Positions 50,801 to 64,000 of a stretch of 64,000 nucleotides of DNA are shown here, piece by piece. The notes under the pieces were generated by a model. The model was not told where the DNA came from. It did no database searches and saw only the letters and a list, made by a program, of their open reading frames with translations. Position 1 is the first letter of the stretch. Every line of letters starts with the position of its first letter. This stretch comes from Azolla caroliniana (taxonomy: Eukaryota; Plantae; Polypodiophyta). A program made the translations under genes and the position numbers. The stretch lies in NCBI GenBank assembly GCA_043228905.1, contig JBHGNT010000002.1, forward strand, positions 24,614,001-24,678,000, written 5' to 3'.

Positions 50801-53800
50801 TTGTATGTTCTGGGTGTCTGCCACTGCTTTCTTCATCATATTTTATGTTTCAAATATTAAATGAAAAGAGTATATTGAATGAATTAAATGGTTATAGAAA
50901 TGCATAGAAGAAAAAGGAAAACTATCACTTGATTATTCCAGTATCTTGTCCTGTTGTGATGGAATCATACAGGTATTTCTGTAGACAATTAAATATCACT
51001 TTTTGCTTGTGTGTTAAAAAAGGCTTTACTGCGCCGTGGAAAAGCATCCTTGGAGATGGGTAAACCTACAATGGCATTGCAAGGTACTTGGGGAAACTTG
51101 AACAATGATGATATTCACGTGCATTTTTTGTCTGTTTCCACTAAATGATATTGCTATTTGTAGATATAAATGAAGTTTTGAAATTTGATCCCACAAATGA
51201 TGAGGTCTTATGCTTGAAGAAGAAGGCTGAAGATGCATCAAATAAGCAGAATACTTGCAATCAAGGTACAAAAGACTGTGATGAAGCATCTTTGGAGATG
51301 GGTAAACCTACAAAGGCATTGAAAGGTACATTTGCAAACTCGAATGCCGAAGTTTCTTATGTGCATTTCTAGTCTGTCTCTATTAAATGCTATTACTATT
51401 TATAGATATAAATGAAGCCCACTCCATACATGAGGAGATCGTATCTTTAGCTGAAGATGTATCAAATAAGCAGAGTGCAGCCTGCAGTCAGTCTATTGAA
51501 GGTACATTGCCTGGTAGTAGGCGGGTTTTAATTGAGGAAGTAGAGGGAATTTCAGAGATGGAAGGAAAAAAGATGCAAAATATAAACCATAATTATTTAA
51601 AGGAAACTAAACAAGAGAGAATTCCAGACATTAGACATGAGGTAAATGGTGGAACATATCAGAGAGAAAATGCAAAGCAATGTACATTTCCTGGTAGTTG
51701 TCGGGTTTTAATTGAAGAAGTAGAGGGAATTTCAGAGACTGAAGGAAAACAGATGCAAAGTATAAACTATAATGATGTAAAGGAAACTAGTCAAGAGATA
51801 ATTCATCAGAGGGAAAATAAAGATCAAGGGGATCAGAAAGCAATGGCAGATTACTGGCATGCAAAGGGAAACAAGTTTTTTAAAGGCAAGAAGTTTGAGA
51901 AAGCATATGATTGCTATACAAAGAGTTTAAGTTATGCGTCAGAAAATGTTTTAGTATTATCCAATAGAGCATTATGTCAACTCAGGTTGAAGAATTACAT
52001 AGGTGCTGAAAAAGATGCATCAAGTGCAATCACCTTGGATTCCAATTTTGTGAAAGCTTTCCATCACCGTGCGCTTGCAAGACATGCTTTGTTAAAGCGG
52101 GAAGAGGGAATAGAGGATCTCAATGTATGTAGTAATACTGCACTGCTTACTAATAAATTTTGTTGCATTGATCTGAGTACCAAAAATAAAGAATTAGCTG
52201 CTTTGACGTGTGTAATATTACTTATAGCACACTTTCTGGGCATTCCACAAAGGCTGCTCTATTTTCTTGAAATACTTTCAGGAATGAACTCAGATTCTCT
52301 AGGGAATGAAAGTTTCAAGAATTGACTAAGTAACATCATTGGAGCTTCCATGGTTCATGATCTATGTTTGAATCTGTGACATGCACTATGATACAAGTGT
52401 CTTTTCTCAGATCGATTATATGTAAATGGCTTACAACTGCATGGTCTGTGTCCTCTTGCTAATGTATGGATCAAGTTGTACCCTTCTGGTTAGGCTACTC
52501 ATACTCCATTTCCTTTGGTCAACCATCAGGGTTAAATGGCTTTAGAGAGTCTTGAGCTACACTTACTGGGTAATCCTCATTTGGTATTCTAGGTTGCTTT
52601 AAAGTATTCCTACACATGTCCTCCTGATGGATCTGAATGCTGAAGGAGAAGTTAGCATAGTCTCTGAGGTTGAGTTGATCGATGCCATGTAATGGGTAAG
52701 CTGTGTGGGGCAAGTTATATGCATGTTCCCCTCCTTACCCATGTAGATGCATGCTACTTTTATAGAGAATTTCTCACTTACGGATACAAAAATACAATAT
52801 TACATCATTGGATTAGGAGATGTAAAAATAAATAAATCTGGAGCTCTTTTAGTGCTGCAATTAGTTATCTCATACCTTGAACTTACATCTACCCTTCAAG
52901 AAAAAGCTCAGGATCTCAGCTATAAAAGGAATAAGGGTGATGGAGTGGCCATCCCATAATGCCATTTTTCCATAAGACGAAGCAACTCCTTAAGATGATA
53001 TGACTTCATAAGAAGGCTAAAAATAATGCATTTTGGCTTTTCCATCTTGTACGATTGAGCATGCACATTATGTCGAAAAAATAATTTCGCTGTACAAGAT
53101 TGAAAATAATATCAGTGGCTTAATTATGTTTTGATGTTTGTTTATTGGATTCTGAATCCAACAGAAGGTTTTGTGTGCTTTTCCTGGAGATGAGAACATA
53201 ATATCTGAGCTCGAGAAGATGGAAGATGATTTAAATAATTGTCGATATCTTCCAAAACGAGAGGGACCAATGCTTATCGAAGAGATTCCATATCTCGATA
53301 ATGAAAAGTCGAGCTCTAGCAATGTAAAAGATCTTTGCAAGGAAGCAAAAAATACTTCAGTTTCTTGCAGTGAGGATGAAATAAGCATCATTAATAATCA
53401 GATATCTGAATGCCACTGTATAGAGGAATCTCTAACAGCAGAAGAACAAAGGATGAGAGGTAACAAACTTTTCAGTGATGGGCAGTATAAAGCTGCTATT
53501 GATCTCTATAGTAAGAGTCTTCAGCTGGATTCATCCATTGCAGCAACATATACCAACAGAGCACTGTGCCATTTGAAGGTCAGTACCTATATATGTAGGT
53601 ATATGCAGCGAGCAAAGTCATATATTACATGTCCTAATTTATTTATATGTGACAGCTAAATGATCTAGAAAAAGCTGTTGATGATTGCAATCAAGCCATT
53701 ATTATGTTAGAACCAGATAATATGAAAGCATATTATAGAAGGGCAGTTTCCAAGCAGCAGATGCAAGACCTTTCTGGTGCATTAGAGGATTTCAAGGTAA

Positions 53801-56255
53801 GATTTGGTCCGTAAACAAGCTGTTTAAGGCCGTATTACTATATTAGACTAATTTTTATGTATTCTTGAACCAGATTTTGAGAAAGTTGTATCCCAATGAT
53901 CACATTGTCGAGAAGAGTATTCAAATGATTGAGACAGAAATTCATCAGTGTGCCGAAGACAAGGATCCTAAAGATGTTGCTGAAAAAGACAATACTGCTA
54001 ATAAACGTGTGGATGTTGGTGATCTTACGAGAAGCCCTGATATATCCAGAGCTTTAGAGAACAAAGTGATTAAAAATGTTCACGAAATCCCAAAGACTGC
54101 AATAGAGTTTGAGAGGTCTTGTTTGGACCTCTTGAGAGAACCAGAACTTCTAAAAAACTACATTCTAAACATCAAGACCAGTCTTTATCCAGTTATATTT
54201 AAGGAAGATTTAAGTGCACGTATAGTGAAGCTGGTAGGATATTTCTTGAAGGAAAATGTGACACTTTTCAGATCTGAGGTAAATGGAGTTGTTTGATTCT
54301 TCTCTCATCAACACAAATCTTCACTAGAATATTTTCTGACTTATGCCCTTAAAGCACTATCGATTTTCCAACCGATGCTCTTTGCCTTTCTTTTTATCCG
54401 CTGTAGTGTTCCCGGTGCGTGCGCTCTCGGGCTGGCTCTTCGCGGCATGCATTTAGACTCATCATCATCTTCGTTATTGTTTTTGCCAGCTTCCTGTACA
54501 GTCTCTGATTGCTTGCGGGATGCTGGGTTGTTCTGTGCTCATTTCTCGCTTCTGTTTTGGTGAATCTGATTAATCATTTTGATGGATCCACATTCGGAAA
54601 AGTTTCAAATAAAATTATCTAAGTATCCCATAAGATGCTCCAGTTTGGGTTCTTGATTTAGCTGATTTAAATATACAGTCAAGGCCCATTTGCTTTGTAT
54701 GTAGTCTTGCACTAGTGATTTATAGTACATACAGTTCACCATGTCTATTACTTACGAGTTTGTTTTCAATTTTTTTACTTTTCCACTTTGTATATACTAG
54801 CATTTAAGGTTGGCTCTTTGCCATGTTGGCATCTCTCTAAAACGAACCTCATAGGTTTGTGCAGCAGGTGAATAACTCACTCAATTAGGATATGTGGTGG
54901 ATGATAGTGGAAATGAATCATGATGGCTTGGATCTAACTTGTATCTACATTTAAAACTCATCCTGGGTGTTGGAGGCATGCTCTATTGTTCATTGCATAT
55001 CCCAGGTCGAGGTTGAACTCTCTAGATTGTGTAATATGTTTGCAATCGTTTTGCCTCATAGGATTGACGAAGGCAGCGAGTAACCTGTGTGCACCTGGAA
55101 TTTATCTCTAAAACTCAATGAGTTATGCATGCATGTCATCTGGAATCTGTTTCTAAAGATGATATATTGTTGCTTGGAGCTCTAGTAGAAACAACCCTGT
55201 TTGTAGTCACACAAATTATGGAGAGGGATAGAGAACAACATTATGTTTGACGGGATGATTTTGACCATATGTTCTTGAATGCTACTTGAGGTATGCTTTT
55301 CCATTTTCAGAACTCATTAATACTGTCTCTGGACATGCATGAAATCGTGTCCATGTCTGAACTTGTTGCTTTATGGTGTCTTTTGAAAGACACGGTGTCA
55401 TAGGTGGTGGAGTACCTATTGGCTGTTTTACTGCATCTACTTAGGTATATAGCTTTAGACACATTTCTTCTAGCTTAATATTATAACTTTGTTCTTTTCT
55501 ATATACAAGGCGCACTGTTTAGCTGTGAAATTTATTCTGTTTATGATGACCATTTATGATGACAGATAGCTACTCCTTGTTTCAAAGAGCTGTTGAATTC
55601 AAGCTGTCTGCTACTTGGTCATCCATTTGTGTGATATTTTGGAAAATCAATTGATATCATCAGTTATGATAAGTGCCATAAGTCTTATAACTAAGTCCTG
55701 AAACCATATTGCCATACAATACTTATATCTAAGTGATGTGTCAGCAATAGAAAAGATTGTGCACTGCACAATGAACTAGGTATGAAGACAGGGTAAGTTA
55801 TGGATTTAGGATACATTGATGAGAAATTCACCCTTGATTATGAAATTTCTTCTATTCAGGCTCTTTTTTGCTTCAATTGCTAGTGAAATCGATACAAATA
55901 ATATGTCAACAGCTTTGCTGCTTGGGCATGTGGTATATAGTTAACTTATACTGGCTTTAAAATGTTTGAAGAACAATGGGTACTGGTTTTCCTATGTAAA
56001 GTAATCTTATGAAAGTTTCAAACTTAGTCTGAAAATATTTTTGGATATGTATGATTATAAGGAACAATGTCGCTTTCATCTTTGTAGGAGATTATGGAGA
56101 TCTTAGAAGCATTCACGAAGGTGAAAAGATTCAAAATTGCCATTTTGCTTTTGCCACAATGTGACAAAGAGGTTTTCAAGCAGTTATTCGACTCGATGGA
56201 TGAAACTTCAGGCAATAGAAGCCAATTGAGATGTGCATATCTAGGGCACAAGTGA
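44818..56255 (+). CDS. SPAG1: SPAG1/RPAP3-family cochaperone, three TPR domains plus RPAP3_C (~972 aa). Exons 44818-44882, 46083-46232, 46317-46368, 46511-46580, 48106-48290, 48875-48939, 49468-49558, 49784-49885, 50000-50068, 51023-51083, 51164-51325, 51406-52124, 53165-53578, 53656-53796, 53874-54278, 56088-56255
   Basis: All junctions are GT-AG and phase-consistent (the exon 5 acceptor could alternatively be 48118). TPR clamps: ANREKEKGNDLFK...YANRAA, WHAKGNKFFK...LSNRAL, RMRGNKLFS...YTNRAL. RPAP3_C: PKTAIEFER...YPVIFKEDLS...FTKVKRFKIAILLL. The N-terminal YEKIKSW...MREEGFY segment resembles the SPAG1 N-terminus. Confidence 0.8.
51042..51480 (+). repeat. 242-bp-period tandem duplication spanning an intron within the SPAG1-like gene
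   Basis: AAGCATCYTTGGAGATGGGTAAACCTACA at 51042 and 51284. The two 80-bp introns (51084-51163 and 51326-51405) are homologous. Confidence 0.9.
51502..51802 (+). repeat. 180-bp-period exonic duplication, (T.PGS.RVLIEEVEGISE.EGK.MQ.IN.N..KET.QE) x2
   Basis: Copies start at 51502 and 51682. Confidence 0.9.
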
Positions 56256-57689
56256 TGTTAAGTCGAGATTGATGGGATTCCCAAAGTTTTCTTTACTGAA
56301 AATGCCTTGGTGGTGACATACTTTGGATTTTGGTATGTAACAAGCAAGAGCTTGTACTATAATTGTCAAGGAAGTAGAAGCAGCACATCGAGAAAGAAAA
56401 AAGGAAATTAAGGTCAGAGAACCAAGTAATGATGTGAGCAGGTGAAAGCCTCTTCATTGGCGTGATAAATCTCAAGACATTTGCTACCTTGTTTGGCTTT
56501 TTTTAATCCTGTGTACTTAGACATCGCTCTCTCTGATGTTAAAGATCAAGTAATCAGCCCAAAAATATAATGTTTAGTTTCCTGATTTAGTGAGAAACAA
56601 CATTAATTGGATTACCAGAGAAACAAACAAGTCTTCAGCAAAAAGCTTCTAGAATGGGACACCAAACTCAGATGTGTGGGTTAAAAGACTTAGAATTAGA
56701 ATTGATTCCTTCCTTCCCAGTAGAACACCATCAGAACAAGATCCCGAAGCATAGAATGTAGTCCTTACAAGTAAAACATGGCCAGAACAAGAGAAGATTA
56801 ATCTGGAAGGAAGGTCAACAACGGACATGTCAGGGGAGCGTCCGGCCATACACATCCAGATTCTTCGTCTCTCCTTTCGCTCCTTTCTCTCTGTTTCTCT
56901 GGTCAAGATTCTCTACTGTCTCTCTCTCTCAAGATTCCCAAGTATATTCCTCTCTCCCAATTGAGAAGAATCTACAAGCCCTTTCTCTCTCTCTCTCTCA
57001 AAGGGTATTGTTATAACTATAAGTTATAACTTATTAGTACATATTGTTAAGATGGTAATACTAATTATATGGTTTTAAGGGAAATGCTCATTTATCTCTT
57101 TGTCTTTTTTTCTCTAGAACTTAGAAGGGGATGGAATGAGAGTGAAATGACTGCATGTCTTTTCGCCTCCATTCTTTGGAGGTGCATCGACCGGAGCATC
57201 TTTGCAATATGCATGTGTACATCGGCCAAGAATTGATTTGCGTAGTGGGCAAGAGAGCTTGATGTGATTCACCTGACTCTTGATTGATTGATTGATCACC
57301 TATAGCTCAATCGTGTTATTCAAAATTGCTATGATGCCCCACCTTTTTTTTCTGTAGTTGGGGATCTTGTTTGGTTCTTGAATTGGGAATTGTTGATAGC
57401 TCGTTCTTGTGACAGTCTTGGCTATTGGCACTTGGGGCCTTATTAGAACATTGAATGAGTTAGTGATGTTGCTTCTCTTTTGAATTTTTTCCATCATCAA
57501 TTCATCTTTCACCCCATGTTCCATGACTTTTTGTTGGAACCCTACAAGGTGAATCTCTTGTTGGATTGATTACCACTAGCTCTCCACTAGTTGAGATTAA
57601 TGATAATGAGAAGATTTGAACTCCACATCTCAATGGCATGATACTTACTATATTTTGTGGATTGGGAAAGCTATTATCCTTGCTATATC

Positions 57690-58400
57690 ATACTTGGGAA
57701 CCAGTAGGGAGTGTTGCTAATGCTCGTAAAAATCCCCTTACGTTTTCTTAAGTAGTTGTTTCTTGAAGGTTATGGAACAATCTAAAAACCAACGTACATG
57801 TGCGACACATGGCACAATCTCATCCTTTGGAGTGATTTGATCTTGATTGTTGGTAAAAACTTCAAGACCAAAGTACAGAAGTGTCCCATTCCTATTCAAC
57901 ATTTCCTACTTTGATCTTGATTGTTGGTATAGAAGCCAAGACCAAAATACAAAAGTGCCCAATTCCTATTGAACCATTCCTACTAAACAACTAAACACAA
58001 TATTGAATCTTTAAGGCATGCTTGCTTTTCCTTTGGACCATTGTGTTCTTGATTCTTGATTGTACTCTTCGGACTAGAGGTTCACGATAGTTGAAGATTT
58101 TCATAACTCTTCCTAGAGAGAAACTACCAAAGCATACCGCCACATGCATAGTATAGTCTCTTTTTATGTACAACATGTTCACTTAAGGCTGCCTTTGATG
58201 CACATAGTATTACTTATCGTTCTCTTGTGAAGTTTTAAATAGTGTAAATCACTTTTCTTACTCATAGAGGCGCTTTAAGGTGTAGATTTTTTTACAACAA
58301 AACCACTTAACTTTCAAACTTTTTGGTGCTTGTATGTTATGAGGGTGAGATCCCACTTTTGGCGTTAGTCTCAATCATGTGTTCCCCATGACATTGTAGG
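57690..58400 (-). mobile_element. Highly degenerate Ty3/gypsy RT/RNase H remnants
   Basis: Minus-strand fragments CFGSFSLGRVMKIF (PFG...F.R.M..IF-like) and NVRGFL. No continuous frame. Confidence 0.3.
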
Positions 58401-61183
58401 TATAAATAAGATATTGGAGTCTCGTAGACTATTGTTTCAAGCACATTCATAGTAGTTTGTTTTCCCTTATCCAAATTATTCACTTGTTTATCATGGATGA
58501 GATTCCCATAGTTTCAGATTTTTTGGATTCCAACTTGAGGATTCATATAGATGGCCAAATGAGGTGGTCAAATTGTGTCTTTTGGGGTTTTCTCCACTAG
58601 TGAGTGACTTTATTTCCACCAAACTTTACATCGGGTATGGACATTGTGTGTTTAGGGGATTTTCCACTATATTGAGGCATTGGCTTCCTTTCCTCTTAAC
58701 ATAATTGTTCACATGCATTGCTCATGCTTTTGCAAATCTTTAGTCATGCATTGGACCCTCATGACTAGACCCCTATTTTGGATGGTACAACAAATAACAA
58801 ATGCATGGTTTCCTTCCTTTCATCTTTGCTCATGACGATACATGGGCCACATATATCCTCTTCTAAAACCATGGCACCAATTGAGGATTAGGTTGTTTCC
58901 TCTTATTCACTGTTGGCATGAGTTGGTTTCTTGACACCTTTTCTATACATGGGCCTACCAGTTAGTACATTTATGATTGGATTCTAGAGAGCACTCCATG
59001 TTTGCCCATATTTTTCTTTGGGGTATTTGTTTTTTCACACAACAAAGAACCCCTAGCTTTTCTAGAGGTAGATTTTCTTGTGTAGACACAATTTTATCTA
59101 AGCATAGAATTCAAACATTTATCACACATTTTGCATGATTCTTTTTATGTTTCTTGGCGCAAAACTTTTTCTATAGCCTTAGGTAAAGATTTTACATACC
59201 TTGCTTCATTAATCCTATACCCAAAAGTTACAATTTATGGCTTCTATTTTATTGTCTTACAAAGTTCCAATTGTTTATTAGAATGGTTAGATGTCCTAGC
59301 GTTCCCATTATGCTTACATGTAACAAAAATCATGATTATTCACATTTGTAACTCACATTTTCTTCATAAATTTTTTTATCTATATCTTGGCCATGCTCAA
59401 GTCCATTAGCTCACTCCATTGAACCTAGAAATAGAAAAAGATTTGCCCGTCTCTACCTTCACTAAAGTCAACGATTTCTTTCTTCAATTGATCAATAATC
59501 CCTAATAATGGTTGGCTAGTATCACCATTTCTTCTTCAAAATGTCATTGTCACAATGCCATCCAGATTTTGTTGTATATTTTTCAATCCAAACACATGGT
59601 TATTGCCTCTCATGTCAAATATCCACATCTAGAAATCGCTTGCCTCTAATCAATCCTTGTATGATGTAGATACACGTGCGACATATCATATGTTATAAAA
59701 CCCTCAATAAAAAAAAGTAGTGTTTATGTTGTGCATTCCTCTAGGGAGCTCAACTTATGGTGCATGTACTCACTTTCAATAAGCTTTCTCAAGATATTAG
59801 TGCGGAACGCTACAATATATTGAAGATATGGTGGAGTGATTCATCTCTATAAATGAAGCACTATAGACATTTATGTCCAAAAGGTTTGAAACTATTTGCA
59901 ATGAACTCTTGTACTTGATGTACTACTTGAGCACTTTTTGAGCATTAAAAAAATTTCTAAGGTTCTAGGGAAAAAAGTTTTCCTTCTTAAATTTAGGTAA
60001 AGGCATTAAAAACGGCCCCAAAAGTTCTATACATAAGTTGCAACCAAATCCTTTACATATTGCCATACTCTAGTTCCACTAGGCCAGTTGACTGTATGCC
60101 CTTGAATTGAAAGGTCCATTCTTCTCAATGTCTCGATTTCTAACATTATTTTTGGCATCAAACTCTTTTGTACCTTTCAAACCATCTCCATTTGCAAGCA
60201 ACTACATTGAAATAAAACATTATTGAGTCATTGCAACTTTATGTTACCACATCAAAAACTGTATATTAATTTCGAATTCAATAGAAGGCAACAAAATATT
60301 GGTGATAAAGTTAAGGCATCATATAGTTGATTCAAATACCTACCTATTCAGATTTAGTATTGTAAATTGTGATGGTCGAAGTTTTATATCTTTGGATTTA
60401 AGTCTTCAACTTTTACACAGTTGTCGAAATTTGGTCTACATATATAATTGATCTTACGTTTATAAGTATTATAAGCTCTTCATTCAACAAAAATCGACAA
60501 TGGGAAAGCAATAGACATTGGCTATGGATGCTAAGAACTAAGGAGAGTTTCTTTTGCAATACGTTTCGGAGTTTGGGGGTGCGGGAAGAAGGATGAAGGC
60601 GCCATAAAATCCATGCACATAATGTTCTTAGCTATATGTACTAATGAATATGGAATCAAATAGAATCTGTCATGCACTCATGAAAGAACAATTTTTTGAA
60701 GGGAACCCCTACTATTAACTTCATTGAGATTTATTTCAATATGTTTCCACCTTGAGTATTTTTTCTCGTCTTTTTTAAGCACTAAATCTACATGTAAATG
60801 TTTGTTTTTCTAATTAATAGGAACACATTTTCTTGAATCTTAGGATTACTAATTTTTAAGATGCAAACATACGCAATACTAAACATAGTCCACGCAAAGT
60901 ACACTCTAATATTTTGTTTTTGGTAAAAGCACATAATTATGTTAATAGCATTAAAGCCACAATTACAGCACAAAGGTACCTGGACATTCTCAAGTGTCAC
61001 TAAACAAGAGGAATGTTCACCTAGTGAAAGAGTCCCCTCCCCACCTTCTCCAATATCCAGAGTTGTCAAATATGTGTTTGTTTTCAGTTTCCTTTAAATT
61101 ATGCTTACACTCATGCTATGCTGCAAATCCCAACACCTAAACAAATTTAAGAATGATCGGCCTGTCATCATTTGGGGCCATAC

Positions 61184-61827
61184 CAGGGCAAGAATTTGAC
61201 GGGTGTCATGCCCATCAAAAACATACACATAATAAAAATGCCCGTCAAGTGACATAAAGTTTAAATTTCCGTTTTCATGTGAAAGGCCCCTACAAATTAT
61301 ACATGTCACATGACATACTGAAATTCTATTTTCCATGCATATATATTCCAAAAAATAATATGTTTTCTATAACACACTTAAAATAATATCATCATGATGT
61401 AATAATGATATATATTCTCAAATATCTATTCTTTACTAATAATATTAGCTAAAATTTGATTGAAATTTTAAACAATAACCTTTATTAAATACATTAAGTG
61501 TTAAAACTAAATTTTTTACTTACCTAAAATTTTAAGATAAACCAAAAAAATTTACTAACCGTTTTTATCCAAAAAATAACCTTTTTTTTCATACTTATTA
61601 GAAAAAACATTAACACGATATATATTTTATGTATTTCATTATCTTTGTGAGGTAGCTATTTTTATTTGTGCATCTCTTGGTACTTTCTATAGTAATGAAA
61701 TGCATAACTATTAAAATTTGTATGTCAAATGACATGTTAGTTTTTGCATTCTCATGTCATATGACATATATCTTTAAAAAATGCCCGTCAAAAAACTTTA
61801 ATACTAACCTGTCAAATTCCGGCCCTG
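61184..61827. mobile_element. Non-autonomous hAT-like TIR element (644 bp)
   Basis: TIRs CAGGGCAAGAATTTGACGGG and CCTGTCAAATTCCGGCCCTG (17/20 match), repeated subterminal TGCCCGTCAA motifs and an AT-rich interior. Confidence 0.65.
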
Positions 61828-64000
61828 ATTTGGGCCATTTGGTATAATATTGAGTAAAGACCCATTCGGGAGGCATTAAGTAACAATGAAACTTCTCTAT
61901 ACCATACATTTCTTCTTCAAGACCCTCGTGAATGAAACTTGTCCAAGATTCAATGCCAATTATATTTGAAGTCAATTACTTTCTACATCTTCGTGCCTCT
62001 AAAAACCACATTATCATATATTTAGACCCTTTGTCTAACCAATATCCTTTTACATTCGACATCAAACCTTCGAGACTATTGTTAATAAACTCGCCATTTA
62101 TTTGAGGATGCCAACTACTTAGATCATTTTTTACTTCGTTGAGCCTCGAGAAACTACATCATCCTAGAAAAAAAAATACTTCTAGCTTTCTTCCCTTTTA
62201 AAATAAAGAGACCAACCCTATGGGCCTTTTTTTCTAAAATTTGTCTTGAATTTTCGAATTAAAGCGCATTTTCCATAAGGAGCCCCTTTGAACATAGAAC
62301 AATAAAGTAGGAATTCAAGAACAACATAAACATTTTTCCCCTTTAACCTCTGACATGTTTATTACTATTCCTCAAGTACAAACAGAGTCTCATGTAAAAC
62401 AATGTGTCAAGATCAATATGATAATGGCAAGTTTTATGTAATATATTCTTATTGAAACTCTTAATATGTTGGATTCACAAAGTCTTGATGAAATATCAAA
62501 ACACCATGTCTACGGATGCAAGACAAGTATGGTGTAATCAGTGTCCACGAACAGTTCCAAGCATCTAAAGGACCTTGAAGTCATGAATTCACACAAGGAG
62601 TTTGATAAACATTGCACTTGATCCAAATAAACATGTTTAAACGATGAATTTGTAAAAAACATCATAGAAAAAGTTGAGATCAAAATCAACATGTTTAAAT
62701 ACGGATGCTACATATGCTCATAGAAAAACATAACATCACCTAAGGATAAGGTGGCCTTATATTCAAAAGTTGCAACATCACGAAATAAATGTCTGTGGTG
62801 GTTTGAGTAAAGAGTAAAAAAACAAAACAAAAGGGCAAGAGCCAGAGTGTATATAGGGTTGTTATCTTTTTCCTTGGGTAAAAAACCAATGTATACGATG
62901 AGTGGGGATATGCTTTTCGATGCTTTCCAAAGTGTTAATGACATGGCCTACTTTGTATGATCGAGATGCACGAAGTGCCCCGCAATGTTAAGTTGTCGAA
63001 ATCCATCATAATAGTTAAATAGTTATTAGTAATAGTAATGTTGGGACAAAAGAAGCAATGCAAGTGTCCTAATGTCAACCACATGAAACTTATGAAGGCT
63101 TTTCCAAGGGTTGGAAAAACATGGCGTCCGGCATGATCTTGAGCTATCATTCCATTCATTCATTCATTCATTGCTTTTCATTCCTTTCTACAACCTAATC
63201 TTGTAATTTGTTCATACCAAATTTAGAAATAACAACAAAAAGTATCGCCTAAATAAACTAATCCATAAAAAAAAAGGATTTAGTTATTCCCCAAATCTTT
63301 GCTCCTCATGGTAAATGATAAGTTTTATATTAAATAGATAGATAGATAATAATAATAGTAAATAGTAATAGGTAATAATAATAATGAGACCCTAAAAGTT
63401 TAGTAGAGTAGGTTTTTTTGCTTTAATGTTTTGCTTTTGTTCAATGGTTCAATGTAAAGAAATAAAGACAACTAAGTTGGGAAACCATATAATTGTATTT
63501 TTTTTGTTTTAGAGCACCCTTATCCATGATTTATTGTTACACACTGTAGTGTAATGCCTTGATTAATTTCTCCGATTCCTAATTACATTGATTCGATCGA
63601 TTCAAGAGAGGTAGACTTACTTGGATCCAATATCGAATGCAATTAGTAGATCAAATTTGGCTGGAATTTGGATTGATCTTGATTGACACCGAATCCATGC
63701 CGCGGGTTTTATAATGCCACAACTAGCCCATGGATCATGGTGGATTGATCCCATTGTATAATTAGATCCTCCGGCAATTTCCTCTGATATGATGTAGATG
63801 GTATATATATAAATAAGTACATCAAAAGAATAAGAGTTTTCATTTTATCATAAGACTCTACTTGTGATATATGTATATAGTATGCTAGATTTTTTTGAGC
63901 ATTAACAACAAATGTACCTCAACTTGCTTGCTTGTTAATGAAGCAGAGTTTGTAATTAATTTGGGTCTTGGAGGATCACAATGTAGTAATCATTGTCACC

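Noticed and set aside
55540-55705. Possible C/D-box snoRNAs (ATGATGA/ATGATA...CTGA) in the last SPAG1 intron
   Set aside because: No convincing terminal stem, box spacing or rRNA-complementary guide could be seen by eye.

Overview
Eukaryotic land-plant nuclear DNA, most likely from a fern or other plant with flagellated sperm. This is inferred from a SPAG1-like dynein-assembly cochaperone gene, a fern-style PLS-PPR relic and apparently pre-edited plastid codons in a NUPT. Six intact protein-coding genes were reconstructed by hand from GT-AG junctions: thylakoid FKBP20-2 (+, 5 exons), a type I Baeyer-Villiger monooxygenase carrying both microbial-type BVMO fingerprints (+, 2 exons), two tandem phospholipase D-alpha paralogues (-, 3 exons each), intronless PYRP2 riboflavin-pathway HAD phosphatase (-), and a 16-exon SPAG1/RPAP3-family TPR gene (+). 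Intergenic DNA holds two solo LTRs, a Mutator-like element with a Ulp1 protease relic, hAT-like TIR elements, a petB-petD NUPT, a PPR pseudogene fragment and many micro/minisatellites. The main leads are: the BVMO as a horizontal-transfer candidate; a fold-back minisatellite intron in the second PLD; one TIR family abutting both promoters of the divergent PYRP2/SPAG1 pair; a plastid fragment inside a TIR element that post-dates the PLD duplication; and an intron gained by tandem duplication in SPAG1. All calls are by eye and no database searches were run.
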